Shown here: positions 1-12,640 of the stretch, piece by piece
Numbering within the stretch: position 1 is the first letter of the stretch
How the letters are laid out: every line of letters begins with the position of its first letter
Origin: Octopus bimaculoides
Lineage: Eukaryota
Length of the DNA: 64,000 nucleotides
NCBI RefSeq assembly: GCF_001194135.2
Contig: NC_068982.1
Location: 133,845,039-133,909,038 of the forward strand
Reading direction: 5' to 3'
Translations under genes and position numbers: made by a program
The notes under the pieces: generated by a model
Told to the model about the DNA's origin: nothing
What the model saw: only the letters and a program-made list of their open reading frames with translations
The model's database searches: none

Positions 1-1562
1 TTGACAGATTTTAAAAAAAATATGCGACAACATAATTCCATTTTGTGGGCTTTATTAAACTGACGTTTACTGACCACCAGTTTTCTAGGAAATTAATGAA
101 GTACTTTTGATTTCAATTATTTAATTGCTCAATGCAGATTACATAGGTGCTATAATTTAATTTCTGATTACAATCTTTAAAATACACTTTGTAACTCTTT
201 TTTTTTTTTAATCATTGTAAAATTATATATATTATTTCACTGGTTTTACTCATTGGATTGTGGCCATGCTGGGGCACTACCTTAAAGTGTTTTTAGTAGA
301 TCAAAACAATCCCTGTAGTTATTCTTTTAAGTTTGGTACTTTATCTGATGGATTCCTTTTTGACAAACCAATGAAAAAAAAAAAAAAACAGGATCAAAAG
401 CAAATAAAAGCTAGTTATCAAGTAGTGTTGCATAAAGACAAGTTATGGAGAGAAACACTCTCACATAATCATTAATTTTTCCCTGCCAGCATGGGTTAGA
501 TAAATGTTTACTGAGATATTGACAGCTGAATGCTTTTGTTGCCTCTAGCCTTTACCTGTTTTTTTTTTTTTTTTATTTCACCTGTCTTCAAAGGAACAAA
601 GCCACTAGATGATTTGTTGACAGGGGAACTGACGACAACATCGCTATTTTTGCTTGCAATATTCAGGAAAAAAGATCAATTGTAAACAAAGACACATACG
701 TATAACAGACTTCTTTCAGCTTGCACTTACAAGATCTTGGTCAGTGTAGGACACTAGTATTGTGCAGTGGAAGCAAATCCAAAAACCATATGATTAGGAA
801 GTGAACTTCTGAACCACATAGCCATGCCTACCCCCAAAGTCAGGTCCAGTATGGGAGCATACACCATTGCAGTATGTTGCTGCATTCACCATTTTTTGGT
901 ATATTTTTGGGCCCTCTTGAGCAATCTGTCAAGCAGAATCCCAGTCAGTCTTCATCTTTGCAAGATACCTCCTCATCTTCTGTGTCCATGTAGCATGTGG
1001 CCAACCAACATGAACAGTCAACCCAGCTGGATCCGCATTTAAGAGAACACAGTAAGCAGGGTCTAACTCAGCAAATCATACAACATTGCTATACTGTCTG
1101 AACTGGTGTTCCCGAATCATAGAAGATGCATCTCAGTTCCTGAGTAGAGTTGTTGGTTGGATATAAAGTCTGACCAATGGTAACCCATAATCCTGTAAAA
1201 CATACATTGGAGTTCGGGCGACTCCTGCACATACATGCATGTATTTATGTACATATGATGGGCTTTCATATAGTTTCCATCATCTAGATTCATTCACAAG
1301 GCATTGGTTAGTCCATGGCTATAGTAGAAGACATTTATACTGCACAGTGGGACTGAAGCACTTCCTTTATCATAAATTTGAACCAAATAGTCTCAATTGA
1401 TGCCATATTAATTTTCTTGTGAAATACTAAAGATTTATGCAACTATTGTTTTAGTTTGATGTTTAAATATTTCCTATGAAATATTTGAGATTAAAAAAAA
1501 ACATATTGTGAAATAAAATGAAGTAAAAAATATTTATTTGCATATTATTTTTCCTTTTTCAG

Positions 1563-1804
1563 ATCGTCATGGTCTTGAACGTAGTGATAAAATTAACCGG
1601 CTTCAAGAACTTTTAATCCAGGCTTTGCAGCATGAAATTAATGCTGCTCATCCTGATGAAGTGGGACTTTTTCCACGATTGCTAATGAGTATCTCCAGTC
1701 TGAGGGAGCTTGGTGTTGAACACCGTAAAATGTTGGAATCGCTGAAAGGACAAATACACTTCCAGCATGACCTCTATGCTGAAACATTTGATCTGATAAC
1801 TTAA
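1563..1804 (+). CDS. Terminal coding exon of a nuclear hormone receptor (ligand-binding domain, helices ~9-12), NR1-subfamily-like
   Basis: Pyrimidine-rich acceptor ttttcctttttcag at 1561-1562. The phase-1 exon reads DRHGLERSDKINRLQELLIQALQHEINAAHPDEVGLFPRLLMSISSLRELGVEHRKMLESLKGQIHFQHDLYAETFDLIT, stop TAA at 1802-1804. DRxGL, FPRLLM..LR and the AF-2-like LYAETF are typical NR1 LBD motifs. The subfamily is uncertain and upstream exons were not found in the window. Confidence 0.9.
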
Positions 1805-2304
1805 CTCCATTCTTTCATCTCTTAGAATTGATCACCTGGCTCTGTATTTGATACTTTTTATCGTTCAGCCCCCCCCCCCCTTCCCCCTCTACCTTCACCC
1901 TCTGATTGAGATTGTTTCCGTAGTGACAAAAACGAAATGGTAGAAGTTGCTGCTAACGCATCTTCATGCACACTTTTTCTCTGTGTGGTTGTGCTTGTAT
2001 TGTATTTGAACTCTAGCTCTCCATGTGCAAACAGTTGAAACCCGTTGTTCATATTAAATGGCACTGACAAAGTTCCTGGAACTAAATCACTGCTAACGAG
2101 GCTGTTGTATAAATAAGGTTTGCAGACTGTTGATGCAGATACCATGGAGATGAATCTCTTTCATCCTGTCTTGGAGCATGTTTATTATCATTATTATTAT
2201 CATTATTATTATTATTACTATTATTATTATAATGTTATTTTTTATTTATTTTACTTTATTTTTTAAACTTTTTTTTTCATTGTTGAATTCAGTGAGAGCC
2301 AATT

Positions 2305-2344
<40 letters not shown>

Positions 2345-5300
2345 CTTTTTTCTTGTTTTTTTTTTATCAGTAGGGGATGAATCTTTATATTGGAACTGTC
2401 TGCACTCATGATTACTAGCTTAATTGAAATTAAAAAGAAGAGTAAAAAAAAAAAAAATTTATTAATTAATGAAAAATGAAGACCTTTTTTATTTTTTTTT
2501 TTTTCCCTCTCATTTTCCTTGCCAATAATAAGTCTGTTTTTATGTCTGTCAATGCTTGGCAGGTATCCTGCCATTTGAGGTTATGAAATAACAACCCACA
2601 TTCAATATAATGGTTTGCTTTAATACAATGTATGATTCTCATTCGGTGTAATTTTTAACAGATCATGAGATAAAAAAACAAAAAATAGAAAAGCTAAAAA
2701 GCAAAAAAATACTTCCATTTTTTTTACCATCTTGACAAATTATTTTTTAAAAAATGCAGAATATTTGCCCTCCTCTCTGTCTCCTCATTTTTTTGGTATA
2801 ATTTAATTTTTTTAGAATTTTTAAAATTTATTTATTTTTATTCGCTCTTTCAGATTCTTTCACACATTGTTTCTGTTTATGTCCTGTTTATTCTTTAGGT
2901 CTTATATTCGTTAAGGAATTCTGAAAACATATCTGAAGGCATTATGGAATTATAAATAAGAACTTTTATTACTTTTCTACTTAATAATATGCTGCTGAAA
3001 ATAATCTCATTCCAAATAGTTTTTTTCCCTCTCTTCCCCAAATGAGGACAACTTTTGCTACTATCACCATCAACATGACCATCACCACTATTACAAATAC
3101 TACTACTACTATTTTATTATTATTATTATTAAGGTGGTGAGCTGGAAGAGTTGTTAGGGCATCAGACAAAATGCTTTACAGCATTTCATCCAGCTCTTTA
3201 CGTGCTATGCTCAAATCCTTCTGAGGTCAACTTTGCCTTTCATCCCTCCAAGGTCGATAAAAAAAGTACCAGTCATGTACTGGGGTCAATGTAATTGACT
3301 TTCCTCTACTCCCTAAAATTGCTGGCCTTGTGCCAAAATTTGTAAGAATTATTATTATTACAATAAATCTTAAATATTGGCGTTTCAGTTTTATGATGAT
3401 GGGTTTTTGTTGTTTTTTTTTAATATCCTGACTAGTATCTCTGGTCCTTTTCTAATTTTTATTTTAGAATCCACCCTGGTAAGAATGGATTCTAAAATGA
3501 CACATTCATTTCACAGTCTGTTCAGTCATTCCTGTCATTGTTTAGAAAACCAATAATGCCAGAATTCATCAGCGCCTCTGTCATTTCTCTTATAAGCCTT
3601 CATTTGTTCCTTAAACACATATAAGTAACTTAGGCAGTTACAATTTAATGGTTTTCTTACTCCCTCACTCAACTCTCAAGCCCTCTCCCCCTCAATATGT
3701 TCTTCAGTGTTGTAGCACATGATTTGTTTCATTGATCTTACTTTCTGTCTGTGTTATAAATATGTTTGTTTTTTTTCTAGATCTTCTGCATCCAATATCT
3801 GGATCTTTTCTCAATATAACATTCTCTTTGTTTTTCATGGAACAGTCATGCTGCCAATACATTTAATGTTGTTGTGTGGATTTGAACATGATATAGACAA
3901 TCATTTGATAAAATAATTAATAAAAGGGCACCTTTTTAAAATTGGATAAATGTTAAAATATCAAGTCATTGAAAAAGTTCATTACTAAATTACAATTACA
4001 AATTACTATACTGTTGGAATCTAATTACTAATGCCATAACTGGCTGGTTTTAGTAATGGTTCTAAAGGCATTTACCAAAATGTCTAAATTTTCAAACTCA
4101 TCTAAGCCACCCAGTTTGACACGGAATTATGGGTGCACAGTAAGGATGATGTGAATGTAAGAACCTGTCTTTAAATGACAATATTTATCTGTGAAATGGC
4201 AAATACTGTAGAATTGTGTCAAGCTCCCGGTGAGACAAGTCTTTGATCCAAATTCAATTCTCGGTTTTAATTCTTTAACTTTATGTTGCTAATGCCTTTG
4301 CTTAAAAGGCATCACTGTCACAAAATCGCATTCCCAACCAATATTACTACTACTACTTCTACTTTTCATATATCACAGGCATTGTGCCTACATGGAAAAA
4401 GAAATTCAGTTTACAAGCAAAGCAAAATATGTTTCTCTGTTTCTTTAAAGCCACATTTTTCCGTTTTTGTTTTTTCTTAGTTATTCCTTCTTGCTTGTTG
4501 CCTTTTGGCTGCGGCAATATTTTGTCAAAGTAATACTTAGACTAAATATTGATACTTCCAAAAGAAAATGAGTGATCACCCTTCCTCTTTTCTTTGAAGT
4601 CTGTATTTGTCTACAATCAATTTTGGTAATGTCTATTAATAACATGTTATCATTTTCTTAGACTGATATTGCTGTGTGCCGGGTAGTTGTGCTATTTTGA
4701 TTAAGTCCAAGTATTCTCTATCTAAGTATGACTCCTCATGTTCTAATTAATTAGTGCAACCTGGCTCTAAGTGTAGACTGAGATAGTCTTTTTCTTTTTG
4801 GAGCTGTACTTGTGTAGCAGATGACTAGAGCTGAGACTGTATATTGAAAGTGAAGCAACTACATTGTAGAAGAGTCATTTTAGCCATTTGATAACACACA
4901 GATCTGTTAAATTCAATTTGAATTTAGATTATGGAATGTCAAAGTTTTTATCACACAACTGTGACTTGGTCACTAACACTTTGATCCATGTCAGTGACCG
5001 GGTCAGAGATGCATGATGAAGGTTTTAATTTTTCATGAAATATATTTAAAGTGAATTTAACAACTTTGCATGTTGTTAACTGGCTAGAATGGCTCTTTCA
5101 TAATGTAATTGTTATTAACTTTAAAATTTCTTAAAAGTTGCTTTTTCATGACAATCTTCATTTCTCTGAATTAAACTCTAATTACCTATTAACTAACAAC
5201 ATGCTTAACCATATGTTTATCTTGTAAATAATTATTTCCTTTATTTCTGAAATAATTCACAAATTCTTCAATTTTTTTTTTTTTTTTTTTGCTCATTAAA

Positions 5301-7477
5301 ACCTAACCAGGTTGCTTTCCAATCAATACCAGTGATTAATCCATACAGAAATATACATTTTTTTTTAACCTACCTTTTCTCTAAATATTTTCCTTGTCCA
5401 AAATAATTTGATTTGATCCTTTAAAGACATTGTTCCTTCTAACAATTTTGTTACAGAGATACTAAATATCTCTTTCTCTTAGAAAAATAATAGTTAAACT
5501 TCAAATATCTTCATTTGTTGCTTAGTTTGTTTCCATAATTAATAGTCTTCATCAATGATCAATCAACTATTTTGATAGGTATTGCAAAGTTGCTTGTAAC
5601 TTAAATTTACATGTCTTTTTATTCATTTATAGATATTCATATCAACTCTGTTTTTATTCCTCATTGTCAAGCCATTCTTTGATTAGGGTGATGATGTTGT
5701 TCTTGATGATTCTCATAAATTCCATGCATTCCATTTTCCAAGAATAAGGAGCAATATCATAGCTGTATTATAGTTTATCCATGTTATCATAACTTAATAT
5801 GTGTGTATCAATGACTTACTTCTCTTTGGTTCCTGGTGACTTCCATAACCTTGTTGTTTCTTAGGAATGAAATCATTGCCAAACATAGATATAGTGAGGC
5901 TTTTATTTTCTCTTTCTTGGCTTCCTTTTAAGCCTTTTACAAAAAAAAACTAGCACATTGACTCAAGGACCCTCTTTTATCAGTGTCCTAAATATAGAAT
6001 ACAATGCTTACCATACAATAGGTTTGTGGCCTAGTGGTTAGGCTATTGACCTCATGATCATAAAGTCGTGGGCTTGATTCTGAGGTCAGGTGACATGTTG
6101 TACCTTTGGGCAAGGCACATCATTTCATGTTGCTCCAGTCTACTCAGCTGAAAATGTGTACCTGCCAGCTGTTGGTGCAACCTTCTCTTCTTCCAGTTGT
6201 CACATTCTTGATGTTCTGCTGGGTCAAGAGTGGGAGGGCCAAGAGGGCGTCTGATTACACAGGCACCTAAAACAATTAGTAAATACAACATACTGACTAC
6301 TGAGTCATCCGTGCTTGCATGTGATGGCTATGTTCATACCAGTACAGGTCTGTTTATGTACCTAAATCGGTTAACATTCCATATAGTATATTCCAGACCT
6401 TGACTCAAGATCATATAGAATGGAAAAATTTTATTCTCCATATGAGCGTGTATTTGCATTTTCAGTCAATGAGTTGTCTTGAAGCTAGAGTTTTGATATA
6501 ATTTTGAAGAATTGTACTTGGTTACCTATCTGTTGTTAGGAAGAATAATTTCATTCTTAATCCCAAATTCTTGAATAACTTCTAATATCAGAAATTTTGC
6601 TGATTGGAACATTACTTAATAATGCTTTCAGTTTAATGACTGATGTGAATTTTAATGCAGTTTTGTCTTCAATTTTGACTTAGATTTTTCTTTTTACTTG
6701 TGATCTATATTATTAGATTTAACTTACAAATCATCTAAATATGATTGATTATTCATTCTGTGTATGCTATAAAAATCTGTTAATTGTTTGTTACATCTGT
6801 TGATTTCTTTTAGTTAGCTTTGACTAAGCTTTATTTGTAACAATTTCTTGATTAAATTTCCAGCTTGTAGATTCTACCCTTTACCCATTCATATATCTCC
6901 TACAATTTTCATTCAGTTCTTTCAAATTTATTATTACCCAAATTGTGTGGGGAATTTTTTTTATCCCTAGTTGTGTCCCATTTCTCTTGTCTTTGATCCC
7001 TCTGACAAAGGTGTGAACCTCATAATATTGCTTTCCACTTTACTAGAACAAGTTTTTGCTTTTTTGATAAATATTCATGGCTTTGTGTAAGCCATCAACA
7101 CTCTTTTGAATTTCATGTTTATTTTTATGATTTAAACAATTCTGCACCTTAACGAATGGTTGCAATTATTAAGTTTTTTTTACTTCATTTCTTTTTTTTA
7201 AAGTTTTATTAAAACATTTTCTAAATCTTTTGTTTCTTCCTACTTTTGCTATTTCATTCTGATGTTTAGAATACATTTTCACGCAATTTACTTCCATCAT
7301 AATAATAATAACCACAATAATAATAATGATGACGATGTATTATCATGTTCTATAATTTCTTCTCTCAAATTCTTGTTTCATCAACATTATCTGACATGTT
7401 ATGATTTTTCAGACTTTTACCAACCATCTATAATATTTTCTTTGTCTTCATCATTTGCTAATTTTTCTCTTTACTTC

Positions 7478-7510
<33 letters not shown>

Positions 7511-7620
7511 CATTATTATTATTATTTCCTTTATTGAATCATATCTTCCCTTTACACCAGTGTCTATTATCAAACAAATATCAGATATTCTATGATCTTG
7601 TATCAAGTACTTTTCCCCAT

Positions 7621-7665
<45 letters not shown>

Positions 7666-10089
7666 TTCTGGTAACTGTGAACTGTTGATTAGATCCCTGT
7701 TGAACTTCCATACTCATATTTAATCTTTGTCACAGCAGCAACTTCAGAACACTACATTGAAATTAAGTGTCATTCATATTTTTGTTGTTGTTGTTGTTGC
7801 TTTCTACAGCTTTACTTGTTTACAATATCAAAGGGTGACAGAAATTCTGCTGATCTTGATCATATCAGAATCTCTTGGTAAAAATAAACTGGAGTAGTTT
7901 TCTCATTGCTTATACCAGGCCCAAGCAAAGACTTTAATCAAGCTTGCAAAGTAACAAATAGTGTTTATTACTTTTGTAGTGCCCTTGCTGCCTGCTTACA
8001 GCAGTGAGATGTACTTGTGTACATCTAAGGTGACCAGCAAACTTTAACTATCTTGGCCAAGGTCCCAGTGTAGAACCAGTGAATGGGAACATATTGTTGA
8101 CCTTTTTATTTATTTTTCATGTAAATCTGATTCTAAGAAAATCATATTTAAACCGGTGCTTTTGGTTCTGTAAGAACTATTTCCTCTGCTACGTAAGTGT
8201 GTGTATTTTGGAACTGTTAAAAAACATCTAGTACAACATATCTATGGAGTAACAAATTTATTTTGATGTGAATTGTATTATCTTCTAAATATTAAGTAGC
8301 TACAGTAGTTCTTATTATAATGTTAATTCAGTGTTAATCTCTACTTCTCATTCCCTTCCCTTTGCTCATTTTATTGGATTACTCATAAGTACCAGAATTA
8401 TTTTTGTTTTATCATTCAACTGCAGTCTACAAATTACATATCTTTCACAAATGGCTTCCTTTATACTTTATGTGTAGTGTTTGGTGTTTCCTCTCATAAA
8501 CCTCATAACTGTTTCTTTGGAATGAGCGACTCCTTTCAAATGTAAGTTTGCAATCATTAATGCAACTTTTGATTCTAAATGATTTTTTTAAATTTTAGAA
8601 TTCATACATAAACCGGTGCTTTTGATTCTGCAAGAACCACTTATACTATTACATCTTCCCCAATGTCTGATCAAATACTGTCTGCAACTCTTGAAAACAA
8701 TGCTCTGTTTTTAATTTTTTTCTTTTTTTGTTCCGGTTTTGATGATTTTTGTTTTCAATTGTCTTCTCAAAAATACATTTCACAAACACAATCTTTTCAA
8801 TATATTTCATGTCTTTACAATAACATCATCTTCCTGGTGGGTTGTCTTCAATTTTAGTTAAACATTTACACTTTTTTCCTCAGTGGTTTATTTAATCAAC
8901 CTTTACTAAAATTACTTGCCTGCTTCCTTTCCTTTGCTACACTTTTTCTCAGATTGCTTGATACAAATGTTCTGAGTTTTCCCCTTGTCCTTCTGCCGAA
9001 ATATGTTTCCTAATTATGCCGAGCATTCTAATAACCAACTGTTTTGTCTTTTAGCTAAATATCAGTTTTAACAATCTACTCTATTCAGGATACTGTAAAA
9101 AAAAAAAAAAAAGACTGAATTACATGCCTCTTTGACAGCATTTATTATGAATTTTATAATATATAAGGAGAATCGTCTTAAAAATATTTGCTGTCTTGTA
9201 CTGTACCTACTAGAAAGAAGGAATTTAAACACTTTTAGTAAATATTTTACCTTACTTACAATATATTACTCTGATTAATTATGGGATGTAGATATAACCT
9301 CTTGGTTAAGAAGTTTGCTACACAATTATATGGTTTTAGATTTAATGTTACTATGTGGTATCTTAGATACGTCTTCTACCAGAGCCTCAAGTTGACCAAT
9401 GTTTTGTGAATGAAATATGGTAGACAGAACTATGTGAAAAATCATTGGTGTAACCATTCCTATTCTTGTTTGATAGACTTAGTCTGGCCTGTGACTACCA
9501 CAGAGTTTGCTCTGTTGCAAGCATTCTGGTTAGGTTGCAGGGCTAAAGACAACTTCCTTCCAAAAGTCTCTGAGGCTTTGAAAAGTGTCACAGGTGGTAC
9601 CCTTCCCTCTTTAACAACAACAATAATAATAATAATAATAATAATAATAGGTGCATTTGGCACAATGTTGGAATTGAGACATATTGTTGACCTACAGAAA
9701 AGTACTGTCTGGTATTCTGCATGAATCCTAAGGAAGAATTTTCAGTTTAAAGAGGCTTGTTGTCCCCAAACCTCAGGATAACCTCTCTTCTAAACATTTT
9801 TTACCTTGCTCTAACTAAAGTTAAAGTGGAATTAATAAACATTACTGCCTTGAATGCAACACAAGATGTTACATACACTCATTGTCTGGTGCTGTCACCT
9901 TATCATAATTATTGTTGAAGTTTATAAATTATGGCATTTTCAGTGAAATAGGTTGGTAAACTTTTTTAAATTTTTCTGGTGGGGCAGGGGTCTTAATGAC
10001 TATTTAGTTTAAAATATAATGGAGGTTATTAACAATATTAGTTGTACAACATATCTTCCTTATTCATGTCTAGAAATATTCATCTTTAT

Positions 10090-10300
10090 CATTATTGTGC
10101 TGGTAGAATCATAGTCTCACTGGACAAAATGCTTAGTGGCATTTCATCTGTCTTCGTGTTCTGAGTCCAAATTCCGCCAAGGTCAACTTTGTTTCATCCT
10201 TTTGGGGTTAATAAAATAAGTACCAGTCAAATGCTAGGGTTGATGTAATCAATCGGTTTTCACTCCCAAAATTTCAGCCTTATGCCTGTAGTAGAAAAGG

Positions 10301-10338
<38 letters not shown>

Positions 10339-11140
10339 GGTGGCGAGCTGGCAGAAATGTTATCATGGTGGGCAAAATGCTTAGCGGTATTTCGTCTGTC
10401 TTTACGTTCTCAGTTCAAATTCCACTGAGATCGACTTTGCCTTTCATCCCTCTAGGGTCAATAAAATATACCAGTGAATACTAGAGTCAGTGGTATTGAC
10501 TAACTCCTCTCATATAGCTACTGGCCATGTGCCAAAATTAGACACCATTATTATTATTACTTAAAAGGGCAGTAGATTGATAGAATCATGAGAACATTAA
10601 TAAAAAAAAAAGAATGCGTTTGTCATTTGTTCCAGCTTTTTACACATCGAGTTCAAATCCTGCTGAGGTCAACTTTGCTTTTCATCTTATGAGGTCAATA
10701 AACTAAAATACCATTCAAGTACTTCAGGCCTTGTTGTAGGTTAAAAACAGTTAGTAGTAGTAGTAGTAATAGTATACACTGTGAAGTAGTTGACATTAGG
10801 AAAGGCATCAAGTCATAGAAACCAAAGCAGACATTGGTGCTTGACACAGCTCTACAGCTTGTCAGAGCCTTCATGCCAGCATGGAAAACTGACATTAAAT
10901 GATTATTATTAAGATGGCAAGGCTGGCAGATTCACTAGCATGTCAGATAAAATGCTTAGCAGTAGTTCACCCATCTTTATGTTCTAAGTTCAAATTCTGC
11001 CATGGTTGACTTTATCTTTCATCCTTTTGGGGTCTATAAAATAACTACCAGTTGACCACTGGGATCAATGTAATTAACTTGCCCACTCCCCAAAATTGTT
11101 GGCTTTGTGCCAAAATTTGATAATAATAATAATAATAATA

Positions 11141-11205
<65 letters not shown>

Positions 11206-12640
11206 GGTGGCGAGCTGGCAGAATCAATAGCATGCTGGATGAAATGCTTAGCAGTATTTTGTCTGTCGCTATGTTCTGAGTCCAAATTCTGCCGAGGTCA
11301 ACTTTGCCTTTCATCCTTTCAGGGTTGATAAAATAAGTACCAGTTGAACACTGGAGTGAATGTAATCAGCTCATCCCCTTCCCCAAAATGGCAAAATTTG
11401 AAACCATTATTATTATTTTACTTTTAATATATTCCAACTTTAGTTGGCTATTAAAAAAAATTCAACAAACATCCAGTACAGTGATGATGTCAGGCATTGA
11501 AAATTTGACATCAAATTAAAATTTATAAAGAACTAAAATCTCTTGTTTCTAGATTCATTTGCTTGCAATTGTTACATCTTTTTAATGAGAAAGTCAATAA
11601 TGGCACATTCCATTTCTTGATTTTAGTATCACAAACGAGAGTTTTCATAAAAAAAAAAGAAAGGGTAAAAAGTTAAACCAACAGAATATAGATGTGAATG
11701 AATGAAGGAAACTTTTACTTAGAGGCACAGTGCCTATGTGGTTAAGGTACTGCACTATTTGTTAACCACAAGGTCACGATTTCAAACCTCCTTCATAGTT
11801 ACTACTGAAAGAGTTTTCAGTTGTAAGAAAAAGCAACTGCTCAAATAATAGACATTTCCTACTTGTATTTGAGCAGGGAAATACAGGAAGAAAGAAAATA
11901 TTTTGATTGATGTTAAATGTACAATAGGAAAGTGTTTGTGAGGAAAGAAAAGAGAATGAGAACATTAATTGCTTGCACTTCAAAAAACAGTCTTACGAGA
12001 TGTAAATATTTAATGCTAATGGGATAAAACTAGCAGCTTAGAAAATCCAAACAACATTATTGAAGACTTAAGGTTTATATTGTGCTAATAACAATGTTCT
12101 TAATATAGCCATGTTCATGCAGTCATCATTATTATCAGGAATATTTATTTTTATTATAATAATGTAATTATAAATATTATAATAATAAAGTAAATATTAT
12201 TATTAAGGTGACCAGCTGGCAGAACCATTAGTACATCAAATAAAATGCTTAGTGGCATTTTCCCCTGCACTTTAGATTCTGGTTTCAAATTCTGTCAAGT
12301 CAACTTTACCTTTCACCATTTCAGGATCAATAAAATAAGTACCAGTCAAGCACTAGGGGTCAATTGACTAACTCCCACCCTTAAAATTGCTGGCCTTATG
12401 CCAAAATTTGAAGCAATTATTAAAGATGGTGAGCTGGCAGAATTGTCAGGATGTTGGGAAAAAATTGCTTAGTGGCATTTCTTCTGACGCTTTACATTCA
12501 GGGTTCAAATTCTGTTGAGGTCAGCTTTGCTTTTCATCCTTTCAGAGTCAATAAAATAAGTACCAGTTGAGCGCTGAGGTCAACTAGCACCTTCCCCCAA
12601 AATTCCAGGCCTTATGCCTATACTAGAAAGAATTATTTTA
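10090..12640 (+). mobile_element. Cluster of ~7 head-to-tail copies of a ~210-bp SINE
   Basis: Repeated aaggtggcgagctggcagaa...gagttcaaattc...gtaccagt...ccaaaattt...(att)n units start near 10090, 10337, 10563, 10910, 11204, 12205 and 12423. Further copies occur near 3133, 16310, 22263, 22490, 22925, 33965, 40155, 49049 and 49285, and on the minus strand near 37325-37500. Confidence 0.85.
11121..11203. repeat. (TAA)n(TTA)n microsatellite
   Basis: Direct reading. It forms the tail of one SINE and the insertion context of the next. Confidence 0.9.

Noticed and set aside
3468-3478. 11-nt microexon-like segment (ctaat...ttttag|AATCCACCCTG|gtaaga)
   Set aside because: The splice signals look good, but there is no flanking gene context and the length is not frame-preserving.
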